DNA from: Octopus sinensis
Taxonomy: Eukaryota
Length of the DNA stretch: 64,000 bases
Assembly (NCBI RefSeq): GCF_006345805.1
Contig: NC_043007.1
Span: forward strand, 15,996,001 to 16,060,000
Direction of reading: 5' to 3'
Below the pieces are notes generated by a model that made no database searches, had not been told where the DNA came from, and was given only the letters and a program-made list of their open reading frames with translations. Shown one piece after another: positions 49,476 to 62,702 of this stretch. How positions within the stretch are numbered: position 1 is the stretch's first letter; every line of letters starts with the position of its first letter. The position numbers and the translations under genes were made by a program.

Positions 49476-50263
49476 GTTTTTTTTATTTTTTCTTATGGGC
49501 ACCATAATTAATCGTTGATAGTCACAGAAACCGTGAGGGTTTGATATATTGCAAAAGGAAAGTGGAATTAGAGGTGACAGTGATGTTAACATTTGTGTAC
49601 AAGCAAAAACACACGTACAAACATATGCACAACCTTTCCCATTTTCAAAGCTTTCGTCTGCACTACAAAACTTTTGGACTTGAAGTTGAGTAGTCAGTTA
49701 AAAACGCTCAATTGTATCCATGGATTTGTACACGATTATATAATCGCTTTTGTCCGATTTCTGCTTGACAGCCTAAGATAAAGAAAAAGAAAAGAAAAAA
49801 GCAAAACGTTTGTCCTGAGCTAACAGACTGAAATATATGCTTTCAATTTATAAATTGAAATGCAGCTTAACAGATTTTATTATAAAATAGACACAAAAGT
49901 TCAAGGTAACATGACACTTAACTACGTCAGAAAACCTGAATATCTGCCTTTGTCCTCTTCGATAAGAGCTAGCGTGAAGGCACAGAGTAATAAAGCTATA
50001 TTGATTTATTATAATAAAGTGACAACCATGGGATATATAACGTTTATTAAGTAAATATATTTGAAAAGTTTGTCATTCTCAGTAATTGTTCTTGAAGTGA
50101 ACATCAAAGCGTTAATTTTTGGTTGACTACGGTCATATATACACACTACCATCTTTGCAGATCAGCGTATTGCATGTAAGCATCACTCTATATAAGGTTT
50201 TGATTTTCAGAGGAAATATATTTAGCCGTGATCGTGAAAGTGACAGCAACATCAGAACTAACG

Positions 50264-50636
50264 ATGGGTGACTCCATATTTCAATATTTTACAGAAATCA
50301 TTAATGTTCAGTGCTTTTTAATCGGATTAGTTACTCTTCTCATCGCACGATGGTTTATGACACGATCAAAACGCACCTACAATCTACCTCCGGGTCCAAC
50401 ATCTTTTCCAATAATTGGAAATTTACCTCAGATGATTACAGTCACAGATCTTAGTGAGAAAATGAAAGATCTTCGAGAACAATACGGAGGCATTTTCAAA
50501 ATCGATGTCGGTTTTGACACTATGATAATGGTATGTAAAACTGAATGGATTTTGGAAGGATTGGTCAAGAAAGGAGATCAACTAAAGGGAAGGTCCTATT
50601 GGTTCTACCTTTTTGATAAAGTATTTCGAAAGAAAG
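50264..50636 (+). CDS. Cytochrome P450 clan 2 (CYP2-like), coding exon 1
   Basis: N-terminal TM anchor and proline hinge LPPGPTSFPIIGNL; ends AAG|GCAAGT (GC donor, phase 1). Confidence 0.9.
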
Positions 50637-50749
50637 GCAAGTCATACATTTAACAAATATATTCTTTTTTTTTTCTTTCTCTCTCTTCATATGTATATAT
50701 CTAGATGTGTGGACCTTCCGATTTCTCTAGTCCGATCCTACCACCCTCT

Positions 50750-51230
50750 TTGTTTTCTCTAACCCAATTCTCCCCTCCTTCAAACACGGCCGGTGCCTAC
50801 ACGACGTACTAGTTCGTAGCTCCCTCCTTCACTCTCACCCATCCCGCATCTTTTCCCTGCTCCGGACCTCTATTCAACACCTCTCTGTTCATCACCAAAT
50901 TCACATCTCACTGGAACTCGCCGACATACTGTCCACATCCGTGACTCATTTTCTTGTATCTCTTCCAATACCATCCATTGTCTCAGATGTACCTTTTGTG
51001 GTTCTTTACACGTTGGACTGTCTAGCCGACAGACCTACGGAACATTTACGAGATATCCGCCTTCAAAAACATATCCACGTCGCTCGTCACTTCTGCTCGG
51101 CCAACCACTCCATCGAGCACCTCAGTGTCTTCGGCCTGGTCTTACATCAGGGAACTACCACCACCAGACTTCGCCAGGTGCAACGGTACATTTTCATGCT
51201 AAGAACCTATACACTGTTTGGACATTAGAA
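50750..51230 (+). pseudogene. Highly decayed PLE GIY-YIG fragment in CYP intron 1
   Basis: LADRPTEHLRDI...VARHFCSANHS...YIFMLRT resembles the PLE endonuclease C-terminus. Confidence 0.55.
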
Positions 51231-51409
51231 CCTCCCCCTCTTGTAACAGCTTCCAACTTCCTTCTCCTTCGTTCTCCTTTTCTCTCTCCATTTACCTTTC
51301 ACACATTTCCACACACCTACATAGATAACTTACAAATCCCGCACTCAATACACATACCTATTTCTTTACTTATCTATGCAATACATAATTCGACATTTCA
51401 TCATAGATT

Positions 51410-51456
<47 letters not shown>

Positions 51457-51969
51457 ACACTCGCACATGATATCCTGCGAGAGTGGAAAGATGTGGTATT
51501 TCCAATGCAGTGCTCAACCTGAGCTTGAGCCTATCTACAATCTTTAATTGTAGTCTTAAGTAAGATCGAAAATTTTAAGGCGTAGAAAATTCAGGTGCCA
51601 CAATGGTAAAACCATTGAGTGGATTTAGGGAAGTGTAAAATATAATCTAAATTAAAGGACAAAGAAAGAGTTTAGCGCTTCTTTAATTACCAGTTACATT
51701 TGTATCTGTACCAACTCTATTTTCTAAGGCAGTGTGTGTATGTATATTTATATCCTCTTATTCTTTTATATGTTTTAGCATTGAGGCTGCGGCCATGCTA
51801 GGGCACCACCAGTAAGTTAATAGCCACATTAAAAAAATAACGTAACTCAGTATATTATTGTATGTTAATTTCTTCGAATTACGCCTAATTTTAAGAAATG
51901 ACTCATTGGTTGGTTAATGTAATTCTGTATATAAAAAAGACAGAAAGGACAAAAATAGGTGTGTTTGTA

Positions 51970-52011
<42 letters not shown>

Positions 52012-52012
<1 letters not shown>

Positions 52013-52568
52013 TGGGTTGTCCGGAAAGTTTGTGCCGATATTTAAAGGAAAGGAAAAGGTCAATAAGTACTTGCCATTACATTTTTAATCAACCAAATAT
52101 GAACCATTTTGTTGCACAACGCGTCTCCATCTTTCCTTTAACTTGAAAATACCTTCTTCCCAGAATTGAGGTGGTTTCATGGCAAAGAATTCATCTTTTT
52201 ACGTCATCCAAGCAATTGAAATGTTTACCATTAAGACTATTCTGCAGAGACCTGAATAAGTGGAAATCCGAAGGAGTAATATCTGGTGAATATGGAGGGT
52301 GGGGTAACACATAATAGCCAAGCTGCAGCAATTTTTGTCTCATTCCCAAAGTATCAAGTGCCAAAAACGAACTTTCTTATCTTCCATTTTAAAGGGTTAC
52401 AGAATTAACACAGGTTATAGGAACATAAACCTTCTTCCACGAAAAGATAGCTTAAACTGTGCCCTAAATGGAGGTGTAGACAAATCCTATTTTATGGACT
52501 CAACCATGTTCTAAAATAAATCGAAAGTAAGCCACTAAAAATCGGCACGAACTTTCCGGACAACCCAA
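52012..52568 (-). mobile_element. Internally deleted mariner element
   Basis: TIRs TTGGGTTGTCCGGAAAGTT.GTGCCGAT with TA flanks; minus strand encodes HPPYSPDITPSDFHLFRSLQN. Confidence 0.85.
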
Positions 52569-52905
52569 TAGATATATGATGGATTCTCTTGTCGTGAACG
52601 ACAAACGGGGTTTCAATAAAATAAAGCGTTAATCATGTTCTATGGACGCGAATGTGCCTCTTGGGGCCCTGCAGGTGCCTTGCAAACCTTCTAGCAGATA
52701 GAACAAGTAGAAGACTCATTTTGCTTGAGTGCTTGTGGATCATTTACTATGTGTTTTCTTGAGTGGACAGCAAGGCTTGCTTTGCATTACGCCACAAAAC
52801 CTCAATGACAGGTAAGGTTTTCATTTAGAGAAGTAGCGTCATATACATATGATAGATCGTTATCCACTACACACATTTTTTTGTCTCCTTGTTTTTTCTG
52901 TGTCC

Positions 52906-52941
52906 CTTTCTGTAGAAGAGCGTAGGCTCGAAACGTAAAAG
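52906..52941 (+). ncRNA. Minimal hammerhead-like motif (U6 variant)
   Basis: CUUU CUGUAGA A GAGC GUAG GCUC GAAA CG UA AAAG. Confidence 0.5.
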
Positions 52942-53034
52942 ACTTTTTCTATTCTTGAGCGGTATACTAATACATCTGTTTGTTTTGTACACCACCTGTC
53001 TTCGTCTTTTGTTTTATTTCGTAAACTCTCCCTA

Positions 53035-53083
<49 letters not shown>

Positions 53084-53088
53084 ATCTA

Positions 53089-53124
<36 letters not shown>

Positions 53125-53441
53125 CATAAACCGGAAGGAAACTACTAAGAAGGTATTGGTTCTATTATAATTTAGGATTTGACAAGTTGTAATTCCAAAT
53201 CGCTAAAGCTCATTAACGTGACACATGTCTATTTTCTTATATAGTTCAGGTCTTTTCTGAGCAAGAAAAAGAAATAATCTTCTGTTACATATATGATACA
53301 TACATTAATCTAATCTCCATGTTTGAATTTCTCTCTTGTGCGTAATTCATTTATATTTTCTATTTTTCTTATCAGTTTTAAAAATTCACCCCACCAAATA
53401 AATGTTTGAATGTTCTATTCTTACCCTCATTATTGTTTCAG

Positions 53442-53667
53442 GCATATTCTTTGGCATTGGAAAAGAATGGAAAGATGTAAAGAAGTTTACCCTTTCAGCG
53501 TTCCGGGATTTAGGAGTGGGCAAGAGAAATCTAGAAGAACAGATATATTTGGAAATTCAGGAATTGGGTAAAGTTTTTGACTCCTATAATGGTAAACCGT
53601 TCTCCTTGAAAAAACCGCTGGCACAGTTCGCGTTGAGTATTATACACCATATAATATTTGGTGAAAG
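53442..53667 (+). CDS. CYP2-like coding exon 2
   Basis: tttcag acceptor; GIFFGIGKEWKDVKKFTLSAFRDLGVGKRNLEEQI...IIFGER; gtgagt donor. Confidence 0.92.
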
Positions 53668-54359
53668 GTGAGTAGTGTTAGATATCTTCAAACGGAAATG
53701 TACTTCCTATAAATACTTGCCTGAGTTACATTTCTTATTCCCCTAGTATTCTCACCATCGCACAGAGAGAAATGAAAATTCTATTCAAACAAACAAACTA
53801 AAATCTTTGATACGAATAAAAGAATAGTTTGAAAACCGGTTTTAGCAAGAAACTCAAAACAGAGCCACGATTTGAAAACACCTAAAACACCTGAGTTATA
53901 AACATCTAATCATTAAAGTGGAAAAATGACCAGAAATGCCTTTACAATTCATTCTTTCAAGTATATAATACAGTACCAAGAACTTTCTACTTCTAACATA
54001 TATATATATATAAACGGCAATAAGAAAATGGAGGGGATCAACTTTTAGACATTATATTATGTTTATTTAAAAAAAAACAATTATAATAATATACATACAT
54101 ATATATCCTTTACATATATAAAAATAAATAGACATACTATAATGTCTAAAAGTTGATGAATATCACCTATTGATCCCCTCCATTAAGGGTAGAACAACTT
54201 TTACCCTCGCCCATTTATTACATTCAGCAGTGTAATTTCCATACAATAAAAAACACTTGTGTATTAATAATTGGGTATTCTACCAGCAGCATATTGGATA
54301 GATATTATCCCTTAATTGATTGGATTCACAACCTCCAACTCTCTTGGAATTATATATAT

Positions 54360-55670
54360 ATATAAAATAAAAAATGGGACAAGAACGCAAAACATACAGA
54401 CAGTTAGGTGATACGAAAAAAGGGACAACAAAAGGGACAATATCCAGATAGACGATACAAAGAAAATAAGGACGGATCATTCAGAGTTTTCTTTCCTCAG
54501 TCGAGTTTCAGATTATCTTTGCAATTTCGGCTGGTTATACTCGAGATTACTCCAATCTGGCCAACCCCAAGGAAAAACTAAGCTAAGAGCATTAGATTCC
54601 TTGGAAGAAAGCAGCGAATGTATACGAAAACAAGGACTGAAGAAAAACGGAGAATGTTACACAAAAACAAATAACAGGACATAACAATAGGTGTGTTTCG
54701 ACTAAGGGCGAATTAAATAAAGCTGGCGTGTGTGGAAGTAAAGCCTTACGGCAGGGATACAAGAGTTCACAGGCTCAGGAGGAATATAGATGTACGGATG
54801 GTAATCGAACCAAGAAAGGTCAGGCTTGGCCGAACACCGGTCACGTTGGGAACGAAGAGGTAGAGGCAGAGGGATAGAAGAAATAAGGAGGGGCGAGAAA
54901 AAATGACAGGGACGCAGTGAAGCGAAAAGAGGAGGGAAAGTGAGTATGAAGAGAAGGCAATGAAATGTGAGAGAGGGGGAACGAATGAACGAAGTAAGCG
55001 TGAAAGGGCTGATAGAAAGAAGGAAAGAATAAAAGAATAGAAAGAATAGCATCGTACAAGATTTAGATAAATATATACTTACATATGAGAAACCAAAGTG
55101 AACGTACGCCGCTTTATGTTTTTATATATAAAAGATACAAAGTGGGACAAGAACGCAAAACATCCAGACAGTTAGGTGATACAAAAAAGGGACAACAAAA
55201 CATCCAGATAGACGATACAATAAAAAAACAAGGACGGGACATTCGGAGTTTTCTTTCCTCAGTCGAGTTCCAGATTATCTATGCAATTTGGGCTGGTTAT
55301 ACGCGAGATTGCTCCAATCTGGCCAGCCCCAAGGAAAAATTAAGCTAAGAGCATTAGCTTCCTTGGAAGAAAGCAGCGAATGTATACGAAAGCAAGGGCG
55401 GAAAAAAACGGAGAATGTTACACAAATACAAATAAACAGGACATAATTTCGTTCGTCCTTGGTCGAAAGACACCTGTTGTTATGTCCTGTTATTTGTATT
55501 TGTGTAACAGTCTCCGTGTCTTCATCCTCATTTTGTTTATTTATATTGTTCCTTTCTGTTGAAGAGCCTAGGTTCGAAACGTAAAAGATGCTTTCATTTT
55601 TCCTGAGTGTCAAACTAAGACACTTGCTTGTTGGTAATACATCTGTCTTCATCTTTCGTTTTTCTATAAA
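54360..55670. repeat. PLE pseudo-LTR-like block: two ~320-bp direct repeats plus an inverted partial copy
   Basis: 54360-54685 is similar to 55125-55445; 55450-55530 is an inverted copy of about 54630-54712 and is followed by an HHR-like motif. Confidence 0.7.
55552..55587 (+). ncRNA. Minimal hammerhead-like motif (U6 variant)
   Basis: CUUU CUGUUGA A GAGC CUAG GUUC GAAA CG UA AAAG. Confidence 0.5.
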
Positions 55671-55752
55671 TTTCAACTGTGTGTGTGTGTGTGTCTGTCT
55701 GTCTCTCTGTCTGTCTGTGTATGTTTATATTTTGTTTATTTTGCATTGGAAG

Positions 55753-55879
55753 GGTCAAAGTTGGTGAAACAGAGTTTCAGAAAATCCTTGATGACTTTGC
55801 ATTCTTCTTCAAGAATGTTAGTGCATTTGTACCAGAGAATTTCCTTCCATCCCTGCGATTTCTTCGATGGAAATCTCCT
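55753..55879 (+). CDS. CYP2-like coding exon 3
   Basis: Phase-2 AAG acceptor; RVKVGETEFQKIL...PENFLPSLRFLRWKSP; gtaagt donor. Confidence 0.85.
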
Positions 55880-56408
55880 GTAAGTATAAACATTTTATAA
55901 AGTTATTTAAATATTCCTAAATTAATTTTTGAGCCCAGATGATGTGTTTTCAAGATCCAGGATTTTGTTATTGTACTCTGACAGTGCCAGAAGGGCACGA
56001 TTGTAAATACAAGCAGCCGAAATGAGGTTCTACCGAAGAATCCCTGGAGTAACATTTCTCCCGAGAGTGTGTAGCTCTAAGATCAGAGAGTATCACAAGG
56101 TCAAACCGTTATTTCTTTGCATTGAGAAGACACAGCTGCGATACTGCTGACGTGTCGCAGGAAAGTGTCGTAAGACATATTCTTCAAGGCGAGTCAACCT
56201 GCAGGATACTTAGGGGTAGACCAAAAATGAACTGGATAATATCCACGAGAATACTGCAGAAAAACGGTAATGACTTGTTTTTAATATGTTTGAGGTACCC
56301 GAGTACTCTATCCACCAACGATCACATCAAAAATTGTGACGGAAAAGATGGATGGGGTGTAGTGATTTAAGGGGAAACTGGCTCAGTAAAAATGATGTTA
56401 GGAATTAA

Positions 56409-56989
56409 CCCCTTACCCAACAATTATTTTGAAAATAAATGTATTTTTTCAGACATATTTTTTAATTGTTTTATTTTACTATGTTTTGAATGGTGATTTC
56501 GAGGTATATTTCAAACCTTATTTATTATGAATTTTAATTCAATAATATTGATTTTAAATTACCGCTTTGGGCAGAAACGAGTTAACCCGTTTTTTTCATA
56601 AATCATATTACTTTTACAAAAAATCATGTTATTTTATTTGGTTATCGACATGGTGGGGTTATAATATAAAGGTATAAAAAAACAGCGTAAAAACAAAGTG
56701 AATACTTCTATTCATAAAATGTGCCTTCCAACCCTTCGACTGTCTCCAGGTGACTAAATCATACTCGGTCTTCAATGCCTTACTCAAGCGAAAGGTGGCA
56801 GAAATCGTCACTGCCAGACGTATAAAGTGAGCGAATATACTCGTATATGTCAAAAAAGAGTTTATAATAGACAAAGGAACTCGTTTGCTGTCGATTTTGG
56901 CGAGTCTATCTTTTGAGGAGTTAACTCGCCAGAGATAGAAAAAACGATTTCGGTCAAAACGCATATATTCGTTTCTGCCGGGTAAGGGG
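56409..56989. mobile_element. piggyBac-like MITE
   Basis: TTAA|CCCCTTACCC ... GGGTAAGGGG|TTAA. Confidence 0.75.
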
Positions 56990-57948
56990 TTAATAGGAAA
57001 GAATTTGATATATTTTCCATCTAAACTTTTGATTTATCATGTTTTTCTCAATGAAAAACATGATATAATCAAGTGTAAATAAGAAATATCTAAAATTCTT
57101 TCATAACACCATTTTATCTTTAAAGTCTTACGTCCATGCTATATTCCTGCCATTATAATTCGACATCGCCTGTCAGAATAATGGAATATCACGTACTCTC
57201 TAAGGCTATATATACAAGGACGTTGGGTAGAAGCATGAATAACTGAATTAGTCTTTCGTGGAAAAAGGTTTTCAAGGTTTTATGCATACAGTTCATATTC
57301 TTCATACACCGACAGCACAATTCCTTCTTTTATATCTAAAAGTTAATTGTTAAAGACAGTTATAGGGCAGTTAATAAGCATTGGCTTTCAATGATGTGGT
57401 GTAAGAATATCGAGGTTACAGTTATCGTTAGTGAGTGGATACGGTCTTTGAATTCATACAGTATAATGATTGAATATATTTTATTGAGGGAGAAAAGTCG
57501 ACTCTAACTAGATTTAATCTCAACTCAGAAAACAGACTGATGTAACAAAATAACGTAAAACATTTGTTTGAATTGAATACATACATTAGTGTTACTTTTT
57601 TTTTGGTGTCTCGCAATGCCATATACGCCTATGAGGATTTACTTTCCCAATGAAACTCGTTTTTTTTCTCAAACTGTTTCTCAAACCTGCTATAATGTAG
57701 TATATGTCTTTGGTGTGGTAATTGTACGCGGCTGAAGAAGGCTGTTGACCTACATGTTATATCAATTATGCATTGATATAAGTTGTTCAATAAAGCCAGA
57801 AACATATGTACCGCAAAATCCTTTGCATCCTGTTTTTCTTTTGATAAATATATCCTATCACCTACACCACTAGCTGGCATATACAGGTGCTTACAGTTAT
57901 TAAGTATTCACCCTGAATTTTTTGTACCTAACTTAGTGTTACTTATAG

Positions 57949-58105
57949 GTAGGACGGATTATCCAGAACGACGAAAGCGCCCGAAGTTACGTAAAAAATA
58001 AAATCATAGAACATAAAGAAACGTTTGATGCTGAAAACATAAGAGATTTCATTGATATGTATTTGCTGACGCTTGAGAAGGAACCAAACAGTGAAACGTT
58101 AACTG
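57949..58105 (+). CDS. CYP2-like coding exon 4
   Basis: ttatag acceptor; ...IIEHKETFDAENIRDFIDMYL... (CYP2 signature); gtgagt donor; phases consistent. Not shown in the ORF track. Confidence 0.9.
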
Positions 58106-58589
58106 GTGAGTTTTGTATGAGCTGTTAATTATACCAAAATAATTTCTTTCATCAATTATATTTCTATTATTTCTTTCATCAGTTATATTTCTATAATTTC
58201 TTTCAATTTTTAATTAGCTCAAATTGACGCTTATAATTTGTCTCTACCCAAGCACCGTCTTTCATAACAGGAATTATATACTTTCATAGCTATTTAACCA
58301 TCAACTGGATCTACAAAGATACTTACCATTCTCGTGTGAGAGACGAGATACGTAAGTAGCATGGTATGCTTTCTGAGACGAATTGGTTAGCGATAGTCAT
58401 CAGTCGTCTCTACGACAGTAATTTGTCATCTAACCAATCTAATAATGTTACGTATAAAACCTAGACACTTCAATTTGACAATAAGTCTCGATTATATAAT
58501 TTGCATTATGTAACTAAAATATCTCATAAATAATCTCTCGTTTTAATATATATATACACATCACCGAGTGTTTTTCATCTACTTTGCTT

Positions 58590-58638
<49 letters not shown>

Positions 58639-58731
58639 TACAACATGTGACCTTTCAACATGTAACCTCGTGAACACCGCCAGCAATATTTTTCCTCTGT
58701 CTTCCCTTCTCGGAATCTTTCCTTCTCCTTT

Positions 58732-58766
58732 GTTTCCGACGAAGAGCTCCGCTCGAAACGTTAAAC
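58732..58766 (+). ncRNA. Minimal hammerhead-like motif (C4 variant)
   Basis: GUUU CCGACGA A GAGC UCC GCUC GAAA CG UU AAAC. Confidence 0.5.
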
Positions 58767-59010
58767 CCTCCTTCTTCCCTTTTTTCCTGAGCGTCCAATA
58801 ATACTTTATTTGTTCCACGTCCTCGCGTTGCTGTGTTTTTTTTGTGTTTTCTTGTTTGGATTAACTTATATATATCTATATATATATATATATATATATA
58901 TAATTATTTGAGGGAATATTAATCCTATCTTACAGGGAAAACAAATTCAATTTAGAAATACTAAATCAAATTTCACAAAATATAATATATATATATATAA
59001 TATATATATA

Positions 59011-59243
59011 TAAATTAGAAAAACCCACCTTTTATCAATTCAAAATGAACAAATTAAATTACACCATCTAGAAAATTACAAATAATAGAAATATTAGAAT
59101 TAAAATAACAATAAAATACCAATGATTAAGTAAATTGCAAAAAAATAATAATAACGTAATTTATACAATTATATGTAATTTTCTAGATGGTGTAATTTAA
59201 TTTGTTCATTTTGAATTGATAAAAGGTGGTTCTTTCTAATTTT
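59011..59243. repeat. Fold-back inverted repeat (~70-bp arms) in (TA)n
   Basis: 59011-59080 versus 59174-59243, nearly perfect. Confidence 0.85.
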
Positions 59244-59253
59244 ATATATAAAC

Positions 59254-59307
<54 letters not shown>

Positions 59308-59648
59308 ATGTGCGTGTGTGTGTGTATACAATCAACAGATATTTATCCCTTCTGCATTATATTGATCATTATAAGTCGAAGCCAATTGAGGTGATTAGGA
59401 TTAAGTGAAGAGATCTAACAAGATCGAAACATATCTCTTACTTTTCCCAGGTAGTTTAAGAAATATGATCCACTCTCAACAGCATTGTCCGTGATTCGCA
59501 AAACTTAGTTACTAATAAAGTTTTAGTTATCCCCCTTGTTTGCTACTTTGAGTTTTAAGCTTTCTTACTTCAAACGTAAGGACAATCTTAGTTAAATCGA
59601 AATTTTACAGCTGACTTATTTAATATATGAGACTTCATCTTATGCATT

Positions 59649-59957
59649 GTGGAGGCACATGCCTAGTGGTTAGAGCAGCGGACACGCGGCCGAGGGATCG
59701 CGGGTTCGAATCTCAGACCGGGTGATGTGTGTGTTTATGAGCGAAAAACCTTATACTCCACACGGCTGCGGCAGAAGATCATGGCGAACTTCTGCTGACT
59801 CTTTCGCCACAAATTTCTCTCACTCTTTCCTCCTACATCTAGCAGCTCACCTGTGACGGACCGGCGTACCGTCCAGGTGGAAAACCTATACGCCAATGAA
59901 ACCTGGAAACCGGCCCTTATGAGCTAGGGACGGCTCGGGAAGAAACAAACAACAACA
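59649..59957 (+). mobile_element. tRNA-derived SINE (family C-related head)
   Basis: 'tggaggcacatgcctagtggttagagcagcggac...ggttcgaatctc'; (CAA)n tail. Confidence 0.7.
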
Positions 59958-60101
59958 TCTCATAAATTTAATTCTCATATTCTTTTATAAAAGCTTGGTA
60001 CTTCTACCAGCTATCTTTTGCCGAAAGCTTAAGGTTATGGAGATGTAAACAAAACAATGCCAGTTGTCAAGCTATGGAAGGAGACACATACACCCCCCCC
60101 C

Positions 60102-60207
<106 letters not shown>

Positions 60208-60271
60208 GGGAGTATAACTCCAAACTTACAGGGAAAAATTCAATTGCATAATAGTGGTTTTTCTCTAATTT

Positions 60272-60309
<38 letters not shown>

Positions 60310-60321
60310 TATATATATATT

Positions 60322-60575
60322 GTGGAGTACTTGCATAGCAAGTGACTTGATCTGAGATCATGTGCTGAAACACAAACAATTGCAGTGTGGAAGGTGTTTA
60401 TAAGCCATTTAAAAATACATTCACTTCAACATCTAAATTTAATTTGTCAAAATATTTTCGCGCACGGAATTTTGTCAGTGAACAGGTCGCGGTTTCAAAG
60501 CGACGAAAATATTTTGACAAATTAAATTTAGATGTTGAAGTGAATCTAACGGTTTTTTTTTTTGGCGGGGGTTGT
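60322..60575. mobile_element. Fold-back element family F1, second copy
   Basis: Homologous to 47668-47975 in the opposite orientation; arms 60419-60460 versus 60504-60546. Confidence 0.8.
60471..60521 (+). ncRNA. Hammerhead with G3-C8 core variant
   Basis: UUUGUCA GUGAACA G GUCGC GGUUUCAAA GCGAC GAAA AUAU UU UGACAAA; differs from the 47748 copy only in the stem II loop. Confidence 0.65.
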
Positions 60576-60639
60576 TTTTAATACAATTATACAAAATTAT
60601 TAGGTTGATTGAGTCTAACTATTATTTGTGCAATCTTAG

Positions 60640-60776
60640 GCTCAAACATGCTCCGTGCGATCCTCGATATGTTTACGGGAGGAACCGACACAGTTGCATT
60701 ATATCTTACCTGGGCCTTTCTCTATATGGCCAAATATCCTGATATGCAGAACAGGTGTCGGGAAGAAATCAAACAA
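60640..60776 (+). CDS. CYP2-like coding exon 5 (I-helix)
   Basis: DMFTGGTDT (A/GGxDT motif), YPDMQNRCREEI; canonical splice sites. Confidence 0.93.
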
Positions 60777-61133
60777 GTAAGTTACCTCAAATTTCTTTAT
60801 TATTATACGCTTTGTTTTCCCTTCAAAGAATTTGATAGGATGCCAGAAGATTTAGCGGTTAGTATGTTTCCACGAATTGTGTTCTTGATATTAATTCTTA
60901 TCTCTGGAACGTGTTAGCCCAAATATTTTTGTAACTTGTGATCTGAGAGCTGACATACACTATCTCTCTCTCTCTCTCTTTCTCCCTCTCTCTGTTACTT
61001 ACTCTCTCTCTTTTACTTACTCTCTCTCTTTTACTTGCTCTCTATCGCTCACAACACACACACGCACTCATATGCACGCATATGGACCGAGAAACACATG
61101 GATAAGTCTGTTGTCATGAATTTTCAATTTCAG

Positions 61134-61230
61134 ATCACAAATATGAGCAGGCCTGTCACAATGGAAGACAAACGAAGCATGACATACGTTGCAGCGACTC
61201 TTTTGGAGGTCCACAGAATTGCTCCCATTG
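61134..61230 (+). CDS. CYP2-like coding exon 6 (K-helix)
   Basis: MTYVAATLLEVHR (ExxR); canonical splice sites. Confidence 0.92.
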
Positions 61231-61252
61231 GTAAGCAAGCTATAAGATGAAT

Positions 61253-61700
61253 TCATCATCATCATCATCATCATCATCGTTTAACGTCCGTTCTCCATGC
61301 TAGCATGGGTTGGACGGTTCGACCGGGGATCTGGAAAGCCAGAAGGCTGCACCAGGCTCCGGTCTTATCTGGCAACGTTTCTACAGCTGGATGCCCTTCC
61401 TAACGCCAACCACTCCGTGAGTGTAGTGGGTGCTTTTTACATGCCACCTGCACTGGTGCCAGGCGAGGCTGGAATCGGCCACGGTCGAATTGGTGCATTT
61501 TATGGAAGCCAGTCGAGGCGGCACTGGCTTCGGCTACGATTCGGATGGTGCTTTTTACGTGCCACCGACACGGAAGCCAGTCGAGGCGGCGCTGGCATCG
61601 GCCACAATTCGGATGGTGCATTTTATGGAAGCCAGTCGAAGCGGCACTGGCTTCGGCTACGATTCGGATGGTGCTTTTTACGTGCCACCGACACGGATGC
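61253..61700 (-). mobile_element. RTE 3' UTR fragment with internal duplication
   Basis: (CAT)n tail; repeated 'ggaagccagtcgaggcggc...cggatggtgc' units. Confidence 0.8.
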
Positions 61701-62055
61701 TTTTTAAATTGTATTTTTAAAAACCGAATTTTGTATATAATGCCAAGTTTTTGTTTTGAAAGAAGACTGGTGACGAATAATAAGAAAATGGGTTTGTAAC
61801 AGAGGAAAAATAAAGAAAAATGAATCCGTGTTCCAATGATATGGAGGTAAAAATCTCCACATATGAAGTGAAATGAAAGTTCTGTGTATTCTTTTGTTCT
61901 TTTACTTGTTTCAGTCTGTTGACTGCGGCCATTCTGGAGCATCACTTTTAGTCGAACAAATCAACCCCAGGACTTATTCTTTGTAGTCCCAGTACTTATT
62001 CTATCGGTTTGTGTAAATAATGGTGATGATGATATTAATAATAATAATAATAATA

Positions 62056-62098
<43 letters not shown>

Positions 62099-62702
62099 TT
62101 ATTATTATCATAAGCTTACAGCTTATAAGTAATCACCGTACATTGACTACAGAAAATAGTCTAATATTGGGGTGTATAAGCCCTTGAAGGAAAAAGAGTG
62201 TATTAGTACGCGTATATACATATGATTAGCAAAACTGAAACTGGTTGACTATATAAATATTTCATTTCATATATATATATATATATATATATAATCTTTT
62301 ACTTGTTTTACTTATTATCCTGAAGCCATGCTGGGGCACAATCTTGAATAATTTTTATTCGCGGTACTTTTTTAAGCCCGGTACTTATGCTATCGGTCTC
62401 TTTTGCCGAACTGCTAAGTGACAGGAGCGTTGAAACACCAACCGGTTGTCAAGTAGTGGAGTGGGAACACACACACACGTAAGTGTGAGTGCGTGTGTTT
62501 GTCCCCGCTCGGAAGCATGTGGTTGGAAAGCAAGATTCTTACCACACAGTCACGCCGCATCCTAGCTACGCCATATATAAAATAACCTAATTTTGAGCAA
62601 CAGTGTTATATAAACTCAGACTCGATGTTCTACCACACAACTGTACATACATTCATAATCCTAACGAACGCAACAGTGTTTTCATCATGAATGGTACATT
62701 CA

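Noticed and set aside
50186-50212. TATATAAG as the CYP TATA box
   Set aside because: Ambiguous: it is followed by ttttgattttcAG, which could equally be a splice acceptor for an upstream non-coding exon; cannot be decided from sequence alone.
59401-59440. GUGAAGA GAUCU AACA AGAUC GAAA CAUAUC UC as an active hammerhead
   Set aside because: Stem II is perfect, but G3-G8 cannot pair and stem III is broken; counted only as a relic.
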